From contig OZ076421.1 in NCBI GenBank assembly GCA_964187785.1, forward strand, positions 11,718,001 to 11,782,000: DNA of 64,000 bases, read 5' to 3'. Below are positions 12,592 to 24,416 of this stretch, one piece after another. Positions within the stretch are counted from its first letter, which is position 1, and each line of letters begins with the position of its first letter. This DNA comes from Amphiscolops sp. MND2022 (lineage: Eukaryota). The notes beneath the pieces are model-generated. The model was not told the DNA's origin. It was given only the letters and a program-made list of their open reading frames with translations, and ran no database searches. Position numbers and translations under genes: made by a program.

Positions 12592-13070
12592 GTGATGTTG
12601 TCCTCCCTCTGAGGGAACTCATTCCTCAGGAGTCGAACAACCATCACGTTAATCAAATATTCCTTAAAAATACCTAATCTTGATGTTGCCCTCCCCCTGA
12701 GGGAACTAATTCCTCAGGAGTTGAACAACCACCACTTAAATCAAATAATAACAAAATGTAATTATTCGTGATGTTGGCCTCCCTCTGAGGGAACTCATTC
12801 CTCAGGAGTCGAACAACCATCACGTTAATCAAATATTAAATAGAAATTATTCGGTATGTTGCCCTCCCCCTGAGGGAACTAATTCCTCAGGAGTTGAACA
12901 ACCACCACTTAAATCAAATATTAAAAAGAAATTATTCGGTATGTTGGCCTCCCCCTGAGGGAACTCATTCCTCAGGAGTTGAACAACAACCCCTTAAATC
13001 AAATATTCATAGAAATTTATTCGTGATGTGTGCCTCCCGCCAAGGGATCTGATTCCTTGGAAGTTGACCT
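12592..13070. repeat. Array of six ~86-bp repeats, each with an imperfect hairpin
   Basis: Units start at ~12592, 12682, 12768, 12855, 12940 and 13023. Core ctgagggaact(c/a)attcctcag; unit 6 has ccaagggatctgattccttgg. Units 1/3 and 2/4 alternate as subtypes. Confidence 0.95.
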
Positions 13071-13133
13071 ACCTCAAAAACGAGTGTCGAATTGAATACC
13101 CTGGACATAAACATCAAAAAATTCTTTTTTAGT

Positions 13134-16100
13134 TCACCATGAACTTGGATATCCTGCGTTCTTCCATTCATAAATGGTTTTTAGAACAAACTGCACAGTT
13201 CCGTACTTCATTAACTGATTTTTGTTAACTTCTTTTGTTAACTGGGCAATGGTCTTTTTTCCCAATCCCTTTTCGCGCCTCACGAACTCAGTCGCTATCA
13301 CAGCGTACGTTTCTTTTTTGAATTCCTGGCGCTGTGGGCGACTTCTCAAAAAAGTACAAACTGCACTCTCGGTGGGAATACCATCTTTTATGCCCAATGA
13401 GCTCCCCAGGGGGAGGTTAACTTTCAAGGGCGCCTTTTTTTTCTTCTTTGCCGGAGGTTTCTTATAATCTTCACCACTTGAGTAATCCGAACAGGAGTCA
13501 TTCTCGGAGCTGATCTGGTTCTCTTCGTCAGAACTCTCACTTAAATCATCATCTTCATTGATCTCTTCTGCTTGAGCAGCTACAATTTTAATTTGATCCT
13601 CGGTTTCCTCTGAGACGTTGATGATTCGATCTACAGCATTTGAAGTTTCGCATGCGTCCATTTCTTTTTGGATCATCTCATAATGTTTTTGCGCCACATT
13701 CCTAGAATGACCGATATGCCGGTCGAGGGAGCGCTCAATTTGTACATCTTCGAGTTTTTGGGCAAAAATGGTGCACATTGATTTTCTCCAAGCGTTTGTA
13801 TTAATCGGAACCTCGAGATTGAGGTGTCGCTCCAAATATTTAGACCATTTCCCCATGATGTTTCTTTTCACAGGATCATTCCCACTTTGATCAAGTTGTT
13901 GAAATAGATAACTCTGATGAGCTGCATTCAAAAGTTTTTTTATCCGGAAGAACCGGACGAAAGTGAAAAGTTCGTTCTCAGAAAGAATAATTCGTCTGAC
14001 TCCCTCACTCTTGAAATTTTTGTTGGTATTGCGCAGTTCGTTTGTCATTTCGTCGATGATAGTTCTGATGCCAGCGTTTTCTTTCAGTCTGCTTTTCAAC
14101 ATTTTCTCATTGATGAGTTTAATGACGTACAAATTCTGTTTGACATGCTTGACATTGGCGAAAAATTCTTTTCTGATGTACAAAGCGCTCGAAATTCGAC
14201 ATACATTTCGTGCACAGATTACAAAGATCAGACAAAACTGTAGATGTCTGTATTCACGTTCTTTATTCGAGTACGTCTCTGTCTCAAAACGATCGAGAAG
14301 TTCATACAAATAATTGACAACAGCTTGATAAACACCAATAATTTGCTCTTGACTAGCGACTTGAGTTGAACTAATTTCTTTGGCAGTTGCCTTTCGGAAC
14401 GGGAGCTCAGAGTTGACATGCTGTTGGTATCGATTCAGACCACGCTCTATCTGGTCACACAATTGAGCAAAGGTATTCATTGCTGAAGGCTCAGAGAGAC
14501 GACAAAATGTGACGAAGTCTTTTAATTCACGACATAATTGACTCCTTGTTTGGCCAGCCTTCACTTTCTGTTCAGTTTTCAATTTGGAAAAATAAACGCT
14601 GATAGTATGGGCACTAGTAAATCCCTCCGTTACAACAATGAACAGTTTAATCTTTTTAACAAGGTTGGACAATCTCTCCATGGCATATCGTCGTGCACCT
14701 TTACCCTCGTCGAAGTCGACTTGCTTTTCTTTACACCAAGCATCGATCTTTTCCATGAAATTAAAGTTTTTGCTGAATTTCTTGACTTCCCTTTCCAGTT
14801 CACTCAATTCAGAATTATCTGTTTCGCCTGGGGTGAGAAAACTCTCGGGGAGATCTTTAACTTTGGCTACATTTCTTATATATGCTTTATGCTCAGGGAA
14901 AGGGTGTTTGTCTTTGCGATGGAAAACTCGGTTACAGTTATCTTTAGTACAGATGTACATGCTTTTTTTCGTCTTCTTGTTTTTGGTCTCAAAATAGTGG
15001 AGTTTAACGACTGCATTCAAATGTTGACCTTCGGAATAATTGTGGGCGCGCTTCAAATGTTTAGGGAGACACATATGTGTTTTCAGTTCCAGCTTACAAA
15101 AGTGGCACATAACCATGTAAGGAGCTTTGCGAGGATCTGGTTTGTCGACTCTATCTTGTGAACTCTGTGACGCTTCAAGAGTTCGGATTGCAGATCGAAT
15201 GGCTCCGTAATCAAAGGCAACACTTTGATAATTGCCACTTCTCTGTCCCATTTCTAGGTGTGGCTTCTCGTAGTGCGCATTTTTGAGATGCATCCGAATG
15301 TCCTTTGGGTTGCTGCCCAGAATTATTGTTTTGCATCTGAAACACGACAGTACTTTTGAGTCATTGAATTGAAAAGCGCTACTGTTTGATTATCAAGTGA
15401 GATATTGTGATTCCGGTTTCGAAAACAACAAAGAAATATTCAGGTCCTGACATATTTATTTAACTTATAGAAGTCTATAGTAGGTGAAATCATTCACCAA
15501 CAACCAATAAAGCAATCACTTGCTCCATAAATCATTTCTTATTTTCTTAGACATGCAAGCATACGATTTGTTGCCGATATAGTTAGATAGATAAGATTAA
15601 TTCTCTTTGACAAACAAACACAACATAGTGCCAAGCAGGAATGATATGTGAAGAAATTACAGGTTCATTAGCCCTTAACGTTGAAAGTATAGTAAAAAGA
15701 ATATAACACACCTGAGGCAAATGGTTGCATTGATATCCTTCTTATCCAGTATTTCAAATCGTCGGCAGCATTGCTGGCCGAGATAGTGGTTAATTACACC
15801 TGACTCTTCGGAAAACTGCTTCTCACAATAGTAGCAGCTGTACCGCTCTTCTTTTCTGTCTTCTTTTTCATCATATAATTCATCAGAGATTTCGCGATCA
15901 AATTGCCCTTCATCATTGCTTCGGTTTTCGTAGTTCATTTCTACGTCGAAAGTTTCCACTGAAACTGATACTTCTCTTTTCCAGGTATCTTCTTTACTAA
16001 CTTCACAATCACACAAGATTCGGAACTCGTTTCCATCTGGTTTTGTGCTCAGGTCACTTTGAATTTTTTTTGATGCAGACTCGAAAGTATACGTCTGTAT

Positions 16101-16808
16101 ACATACTGATCGCTTGCCATAGGAATTATTTTCGCTCGCTATCACACTGCCAACGTTGAAACAACCCGAAAAACTCGTCGTACTTGAACTCGGATCACCG
16201 ATTTGAGAAAATTTTGAATTCAAATCTACAGCACGGACTTGAGTCATGACATTCCTTTGAAACTGTTTTCTGGAACTGAAAGTTGTGTCGTTTCCCCCAA
16301 GCTGAACGTCCCAATAATAACTGTCTAGGTTGCATTGAATATCTTTCTCTGCAACATTTACTACTTTTTTTGAGCGCCAAGGAAACGATGCACTATCTCC
16401 GTACCCACAAAGGTAATCATACCGAATTTCTTGGCCTCTCTCGATATCACGCTTGGCTTTCAAACCAATGTATTTCACGCCGGAAATGAGAACTTCATAA
16501 GGACGGGCGTTGGGATTTTCATGATCGTCATTGATGTACCTAGCTAGTCCTGAATTAACGTCGAATGCATCAATGTACTCACTGGAACTAGGTATAACAA
16601 AAACGTAATCGTTTTCTTGCGTGGGAACCCCTTGAAAGCGTTTTCCCCTGTAAAAAAGTAGAAAATCGCCTCCCTTGAAGTCCTTGTCTGCAAAAAGACC
16701 AAATCCGACAGAGTTGCTGATGTGCTTCACGACAAAGCTGTCTTCTGGATCTTTTGCAATGAAGTCTTCAGGTCGTATTGATTTTCTCGTGGAGGATCTG
16801 CGTGTCAT
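13134..16808 (-). CDS. Two-exon SET domain + C2H2 zinc fingers + tyrosine recombinase fusion protein, 1099 aa
   Basis: Exons 16808-15712 and 15336-13134 joined by a phase-2 GT-AG intron (15711-15337) that completes a C2H2 finger (CLR|CKTIILGSNPKDIRMHLKNAH). SET motifs: GFGLFA, FLLFYRG, LARYINDDH..PNA, EIRYDY, FPWR. Recombinase motifs: VCRISS, KNFK, NAWRK, IGHS..VAQKHY. Confidence 0.88.
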
Positions 16809-17204
16809 GCTTCACTGAAAAATATGCAGAAATCAAGTTCCTGAAAATTTGATGTAAGTCAGAAAAAGGGAAGTAATGGTCGGAAAACGGTGAGTAGGAG
16901 AGTAATTAGTATATTTAGTATTTAATCAGTATTCCAAACTAGATTAACGACGTATTTGAAACAAAAACGTATTGTAATGGGTTATCACTAGGGCCGGTAA
17001 AAAGTCACGGAAAATTGTGGCAAAATCACGCGGAAAAATCACGAAAAATTACGAGTATTAAACATATATAATTACACTCCACTCAATCAAGACCAAGATA
17101 TTTAATTGAATGCAAGGAAGGTGAATAAAAAATGATATTGATTGTTATATTTGATTTGTCAGCAATCGTAGTCACATTTCTGTTTCATCTATATACAAAA
17201 TCAA

Positions 17205-20200
17205 AAAAAGGCTCAGCACCAACAACAGAAAAATTTCCAACAGAATGGTGGAAGTGGCGGTGATTACCAGGATTACTACCAAGAGTCCTACCAAGATGTG
17301 TCACCACATATGTCGGCACCAGGTAGTTATAGGGGTGGCGGTTCTTTCTATGGTAGACGAACTTTTATTCGTGGCTCCGGGAGAAGACAACATATGTTAC
17401 ATACAACACAATGAACCTTTTTCTTCTGAAAGTGCAATCGCAGATGATGGTGCTCCTGCAAGCAATCATTACAACCGAGCTCCCGTGTCTTTTCCTCATC
17501 AGAAGTTTTCACACAGAGGCGCTGCGAATTCTAGTTGTCGACCGAGAGGCGCTATGGGACGGGGTAAACCCACAGATATGGATTCCAACAACAACACCGC
17601 TTTTTCTCCTTCCATGAGATCGCGACTTGGTCCCAAGTACTCTCCCAAGCAACAATCTTTAACTGAAACTACTTCCATTATTTCTGATGTTCCGAAACCG
17701 TGCGGAACTTATACAAAGAAGGAAAAGAAGTCGGACGTCTTTTGGATCAGCGATTTGAGATTCGTTGAATTTAAGCCGATTTCAAAGCCAAATGTATAAA
17801 GGTGGAGTCTTCCAAAAATATAACGTTACGAGTAACAAGCGGCCAAACGAAAGAACAACCTACAGACCTCGATTCAATGTTGCAGAGCGTCGGCTCGTCT
17901 CTGAAAAACATCTCGGATCCAGAACCGGGGAGACTTTGTGTGGCCAGAATCCATATAGCGTAACTTTCATAACGTACCTTTAGTGTACTTTTAATTCCAA
18001 TAAGTGTATTTCTTTTCATATCTATTGAATTGCCGAGAGACGCGTTCGAAGAAATGATCATGGAAAAAAGTTCTCCAATACCTTTTTCAGTCATCAACGT
18101 CTTGGCTTGCAATAATTTCTTTTCGCTGACAATCCATTTTGAAACAAACAGTTCTCTTGTGTGCAAAATGCTTTGCCGCTAGATCCTTCATAATGTTGAT
18201 TCCCTGTCATGATATGGGCAATTCTGGTTTGCAATCCGAAATGTTTCAGGCTTTCGCAATGAGTGGCGGTGATTACCAGGATTACTACCAAGAGTCCTAC
18301 CAAGATGTGTCACCACATATGTCGGCACCAGGTAGTTATAGGGGTGGCGGTTCTTTCTATGGTAGACGAACTTTTATTCGTGCCTCGGGAGAAGACAACA
18401 TATATTACATACAACACAATGAACCTTTTTCTTCTGAAAGTGCATTCGCAGATGATGGTGCTCCTGCAAGCAATCATTACAACCGAGCTCCCGTGTCTTT
18501 TCCTCATCAGAAGTTTTCACACAGAGGCGCTGCGAATTCTAGTTGTCGACCGAGAGGCGCTATGGGACGGGGTAAACCCACAGATATGGATTCCAACAAC
18601 AACACCGCTTTTTCTCCTTCCATGAGATCGCGACTTGGTCCCAAGTACTCTCCCAAGCAACAATCTTTAACTGAAACTACTTCCATTATTTCTGATGTTC
18701 CGAAACCGTGCGGAACTTATACAAAGAAGGAAAAGAAGTCGGACGTCTTTTGGATCAGCGATTTGAGATTCGTTGAATTTAAGCCGATTTCAAAGCCAAA
18801 TGTATAAAGGTGGAGTCTTCCAAAAATATAACGTTACGAGTAACAAGCGGCCAAACGAAAGAACAACCTACAGACCTCGATTCAATGTTGCAGAGCGTCG
18901 GCTCGTCTCTGAAAAACATCTCGGATCCAGAACCGGGGAGACTTTGTGTGGCCAGAATCCATATAGCGTAACTTTCATAACGTACCTTTAGTGTACTTTT
19001 AATTCCAATAATTGTATTTCTTTTCATATCTATTGAATTGCCGAGAGACGCGTTCGAAGAAATGATCATGGAAAAAAGTTCTCCAATACCTTTTTCAGTC
19101 ATCAACGTCTTGGCTTGCAATAATTTCTTTTCGCTGACAATCCATTTTGAAACAAACAGTTCTCTTGTGTGCAAAATGCCTTGCCGCTAGATCCTTCATA
19201 AAGTTGATTCCCTGTCATGATATGGGCAATTCTGGTTTGCAATCCGAAATGTTTCAGGCTTTCGCAATGAGTGGCGGTGATTACCAGGATTACTACCAAG
19301 AGTCCTACCAAGATGTGTCACCACATATGTCGGCACCAGGTAGTTATAGGGGTGGCGGTTCTTTCTATGGTAGACGAACTTTTATTCGTGCCTCGGGAGA
19401 AGACAACATATATTACATACAACACAATGAACCTTTTTCTTCTGAAAGTGCATTCGCAGATGATGGTGCTCCTGCAAGCAATCATTACAACCGAGCTCCC
19501 GTGTCTTTTCCTCATCAGAAGTTTTCACACAGAGGCGCTGCGAATTCTAGTTGTCGACCGAGAGGTGCTATGGGACGGGGTAAACCCACAGATATGGATT
19601 CCAACAACAACACCGCTTTTCCTCCTTCCATGAGATCGCGACTTGGTCCCAAGTACTCTCCCAAGCAACAATCTTTAACTGAAACTACTTCCATTATTTC
19701 TGATGTTCCGAAACCGTGCGGAACTTATACAAAGAAGGAAAAGAAGTCGGACGTCTTTTGGATCAGCGATTTGAGATTCGTTGAATTTAAGCCGATTTCA
19801 AAGCCAAATGTATAAAGGTGGAGTCTTCCAAAAATATAACGTTACGAGTAACAAGCGGCCAAACGAAAGAACAACCTACAGACCTCGATTCAATGTTGCA
19901 GAGCGTCGGCTCGTCTCTGAAAAACATCTCGGATCCAGAACCGGGGAGACTTTGTGTGGCCAGAATCGAGTTGGACCAGATTTTTCCAATTTGCGGTCTA
20001 TTGAGAAACAGGACTTCGATTACAGTAATTTCGAATTGGACAAACTTCTTTTACAGCATATTGAAAAAAGTACATATCATATCTTTCTTCTCAGCTAGAG
20101 CGCGTACTTAATATTTGGAAGTTTTCAGATGATTGTTGAAAATGCTCTATGGATGCGGGGCTCCGCGGTTTGACTTGCTCCTTGAAGTTCTCACCAAAAC

Positions 20201-20815
20201 TGGTTAGTGCAGAATACGTTTTATTTCTCTCTCTCTCTCTCTTGCTCTCAATATTTCAAATGTGTTTTTCTCTTATATACTGTCATATCTGTTTGAATTC
20301 TTCCCTTCATTCACTTATCAGTAGTAATCAATAAAAAATGACATCGGTTAGCGCCATTAGACTTTAGGATAAGTTTTAAAGTTTACAGTTCAATAAAGGA
20401 ATGTGGGGTCGTTAAATGATTGAGGGGTGATTAGGAGATTAAGAGACTAATTTACACACGCTATCTCACTTGGACTTTGTTTTTAGCATTCCGATCGTGA
20501 CATGGAATGTTACAGTACAACTGAGGAAGAATTTGCCAAATTTATTCATGAGAATTGTAGTGTTGACGCCGTGTTCACCAATTTCATTCATCGAGAAGGT
20601 ATCGATTGGTGGTATTGTTTCCAAAAGTTTAGCTCAACCGAAGATGCCAAAATTGCTCTGGAGTTTTTGAAAGCCAGAGATTTCAAGGGAAAAAGAATCA
20701 GAGCCATGTATGCTCGCAAGAAAGAAACAATGCCTTCTTAACAAAAGGCTCAGCACCAACAACAGAAAAGTTTCCAGAATGGTGGAAGTGGCGGTGATTA
20801 CCAGGATTACTACCA
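17205..20815 (+). pseudogene. Rearranged fragments of an RRM-containing RNA-binding gene (possible Tudor-like segment)
   Basis: 20486-20741 gives WNV.YSTTEEEF...WYCFQKFSSTEDAKIALEFLKARDFKGKRIRAMYARKK (RRM with a frameshift). It continues into QKAQHQQQK..QNGGSGGDYQDYYQ, which is duplicated at 17205-17281. EPGRLCVARIELD near 19940 resembles a Tudor start. Confidence 0.55.
17253..19967 (+). repeat. Tandem amplification A-B-A-B-A, period 1008-1009 bp
   Basis: A is ~698 bp (17253-17951, 18262-18959, 19270-19967) and B is ~310 bp. The copies differ by only a few substitutions and one 1-bp indel, and the ORF track repeats every 1008 bp. Confidence 0.97.
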
Positions 20816-21059
20816 AAATTACTACTACTACTACTGCAGAAGCTTTTTGGGAGGAACTTCATTGGCCTACAGAAACGACTAAGAGCACAACAACTGAGTG
20901 ATGATGGCGTACATTACTTACCGGAAGGCTATAAACGGATCAGGAACGCAATAATTAAATTTCTTGCGAGTCGAAGAGTAATTCCACAATACAATTAATG
21001 AACATCGTTCCACAGCATCTTTTAACTGCTTGTTGTCAATTATTATGCTGTTATTTCTA

Positions 21060-21922
21060 AGAAGTAGTGGACAGCTCTGAGCGGATATTTGTTGAAAAGT
21101 GTCCTGTGGATGTTTTGGAGAAGTTGATGGCGTCTGACAATTTACAGGTCCAATATAAAACTCAGGTTTATAGACTGATGATGAAATGGGGTGAAAATGA
21201 TGTTCAGAATCGGACAACGAAAGATTGTCTAACTGAGCTGTTCAAATTCATACGTATAGGCTGTTTGCCCAACCAGTTTTTGATGGATGTAGTCACGGAT
21301 AATAAACTCATGTTGTCCCAAAAAGTTGCATTTCGCCCACAAAAAGTGCCATTCGGTTCCATCTGGGATATCATGGTGGAAGTAGCAGTGAGAGCGGTAC
21401 AGATTGTTCTGGATGCGGAATTGGAAGATTCCAAAAAAAGGGATTAAGAAAAGTGGTTTGGAACCCTATCATCTGATACCACGAAACTCATTTCATGCCT
21501 TTGTTGTTTTCAGTAATGATGATAATTTCGAGCGTTTTCCGACGTAGACCAACAAATGGCAACTTTTGCAAATCAAAATTTTGTTGGACGGATTTAGTCT
21601 GCTTTATCTTGATGGCAAAACATATCTTTTCCTTGTAGTTAGATCAGATGACGACTATGAAGCGAAACAAGAAATGTACGACCCAATCTCGTCAAAGTGG
21701 GAATCTTTGAAGCCCATGCCGACTTGTCGTGTTTGGTTCGCTTTGTGTTTGATGGATTCCAGATATGTATACACGTTTGGAGGATACAACGCTGATGGTT
21801 TGTATGTAAATACAGTTGAAATGTTGGAATACACGTTTGAGCAAAAGAAGTGGTCTGATTTCTGGACGATGCAGCCAGTGAAATGCACCAGTGAAATCTA
21901 CCAGTTGCAGGGGTTGAATTGA
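21060..21922 (+). pseudogene. BACK + Kelch-repeat (KLHL-like) gene fragment
   Basis: DVLEKLMASDNLQV...VYRLMMKW...LFKFIRIGCL (BACK). EMYDPISSKWESLKPMPTCR and YVYTFGGYN...NTVE (Kelch). No BTB domain; frames are broken. Confidence 0.8.
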
Positions 21923-22026
21923 ATTAATACGTCAATCAATGACAATTTTTATCTGAAAGACAACAGACATGATAGGTATAACCTTCTTATTTACCACGTC
22001 TTATTCCGTTCCCTCGATTTACGAAA

Positions 22027-22568
22027 GGACCGCAACTAAGGTCTAAGGAATAAAATCTAAAGAAATTTCGTCACTAAGATCTAAAGAACTAAGATCTAAA
22101 AAGCATGCACCGTAACTAAGGTCTAAATTGAAATAGAATAACGTCTAAGGAAACATGTGGTGTCATGTACGATGTATGCACGTTCGCCCTCACCGTCGCA
22201 AAGACCAGCTCCCACTACGATCGCTTCGCAATCTCCGTTCCCGCTAGGCCTTTGCTCCTGTTCGACCTCGCTTAACAAGATGGGAACATAGGCGGCCCCA
22301 AGGGGCCGCGGGGCACTAGAGGAGTTGGGGACATATCCAAGTCACGTTTTATGCATCAAGTCATTTCCAAATTGGGAATATCATCCGAAAACGGGAATAA
22401 TGTCTGAAAAAACCGGAATAACATCAGAAAATTTAGACTTTAGTTACAATTCAGGATCTGGCATTCTCTAGATCTTAGTTACGAAAAATGACATTTAGAT
22501 CTTAGTTCTTTAGATCTTGATTACAGAAGTGCGTTTCGATCTTATTCCTTAGATCGTAGTTTGTGCCC
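22027..22568 (+). mobile_element. Foldback/MULE-like MITE with CTAAGATCTA subrepeats (copy 1)
   Basis: Imperfect long TIRs built from ctaagatcta units; an inverted copy lies at 25833-26285. Confidence 0.8.
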
Positions 22569-24416
22569 ACCTTTTCGTGAACACCTTTTTCAGACCATGA
22601 CTGCCAATTCGAAATTTTCATATATAAAAAAAACATGAAAATGAAAATATATATCTCAAATTATGTATCTGCGCAGATTCAAAGAGTCCCTCAAAAACAG
22701 CCCCAGACATTGGCAAACAGCTAACATCCTGAAAACTTATAGATCAACTCTGGAAACCGATAAAACTCTTCTGCATCACTTTGATATATGTTTTTACTTT
22801 GTAATCCTAACGACTCCATTTTATACTTTTTCAAATATCAATTTGTAAATCATGGCCAGCAATTAATGGCTTCTTCGATCAAATTGTATTTTTTATTGGC
22901 TTAGAGAAATATATTAATATATAACCGATAAAATGTCTATTTTGGAAGCGAAAGCATTTGTAAGAACAATATGAATTTATGATGATCTGTTGATTTTTTT
23001 TATCTGAAAGTATGTATGATCCAATCAAAATAATCGAACTCAGCGATACATCCTATTACCTCATATTCAACCAAGAGGAGCTCCGGTTGTAGTTTGAAGA
23101 CATTTTCCGGCGTTATTTGCGGCACACAACTTAGTGCGGTGTAAATGTAAAAGGCATGAAACATTGTAAGTCCAAACTGCCTGCATGAGATACTTCCAAA
23201 GTGTGGCTGTTCACCATTTGACCGTATATTAAAAAAATTGATAACCATAAAAGAATTGGAAGATGTAGAGCACCGAATTTGAAATTCAGTAAGTTGATTA
23301 TGACAGGAAGAAAACATTGCAGCGCAAACTTATCTACGATTTCGAACTTAGCAGATTATTGATTATTCTGCTGAAAGATGCTGTTTACCACTGATTCAGC
23401 TTACTATTGTGCCACTGCCGCTAGCAATTATTACGGTTCACGCAGACACCGATATTGTTTTGATCTCACACAAATGTATAACGAAATTTATATCGAAATG
23501 TATGTCAAATACATAACAAAAAATTTATATAAATATATCCCTGGTTTTCATTCCAAAGTCATTAATTGTTGTTTTAAACTGTATCCGGTTTTTGATTCAC
23601 TTTTCTTTTTCTGAAGTACGCCTCATGAGACTACTTTCTGCAGTGAGAACAAAGTTTGTTAACGTTGACTGCTTGTTTTGTAGGTGAATTAGGATAGACC
23701 ATTGTCTTTGAAGGAGATCTATATCGACATTCAGTAGTACGTGAAGAAGGAAAAATTATTGAAAAAGCTTTCTTTTCATAGCTCTGCACATGTTTTCAAG
23801 CGAGGATACGAAATATACTTGATAACAAAGGTTTTGTCAAAAACGCTTTTTTCGTCTTCCAGCTGGATCGTAAACTCACCTGTTTCGAACCAAGGATTAT
23901 GGACGAAGTAATCAGTATTCTACTCATGGCGACACTTCAACAAACCCATTTGGGTATGCAGTCCCTATCGAACGGAGAGTTACTGTGTGCAATACGAGAG
24001 CTGTAACTTCTTCCTACTGAGAGATATGGTTATCACATTTTTGGTGGTTTTGGCCAACTTTTGAATGTCTACTCGTAGAAAAATTTAAGTCTTCATGGTG
24101 AACTGTTAAATCGGTTCTGAAGTTAGTTCATAGTATGAACGTTCATCTCTGCTCAAGATCTTGCAATTAGGCCGTGGAAATTGGTTGTTTTTGGATTTTT
24201 AGAGGATGGCCTGGCATTTAACCAGAAGCTTTCACCACATGAGGTTACTTCAGTGTTTCATTATCGTAGGAGTTGGTGAAAGAAGATAGCGATGGCAAGT
24301 ACCTATCTTATCAACTGCAACTGGATATTGTTCATTCACAAAAGGCCCGAAAGTCCTAATTGTTGACTAAAAAAAATGCGGCTCCTTTTAGTTCATTTCC
24401 GCAAGTGCTTACCTTT

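Noticed and set aside
12592-13070. CRISPR array interpretation
   Set aside because: The inter-hairpin segments are related to each other rather than unique, there are no cas genes, and the context is eukaryotic and spliced.
12592-13070. Hammerhead or HDV-like ribozyme interpretation
   Set aside because: The minus strand has CUGAGGA but it is paired in the stem and no GAAA follows. The plus strand has CGAA before a stem but no P1/P3 pseudoknot could be built.
11744-13140. Splicing of the YR ORF onto JmjC to make one SET-YR-JmjC protein
   Set aside because: The obvious donor (TG|GTGAAC at the YR end) joined to the acceptor at 11744 creates TGA; no in-frame alternative was found.
13917-15161. 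Plus-strand ORFs (108-207 aa) over the recombinase, and 57664-58308 over the BEL JmjC
   Set aside because: Antisense shadows of real coding frames, with no motifs.
13134-15293. Bacterial or phage contamination as the source of the integrase
   Set aside because: The ORF is spliced to eukaryotic SET and C2H2 domains and is embedded among animal TEs.
23000-24350. Possible decayed exons on the minus strand
   Set aside because: No recognisable domain or consistent splice phase.
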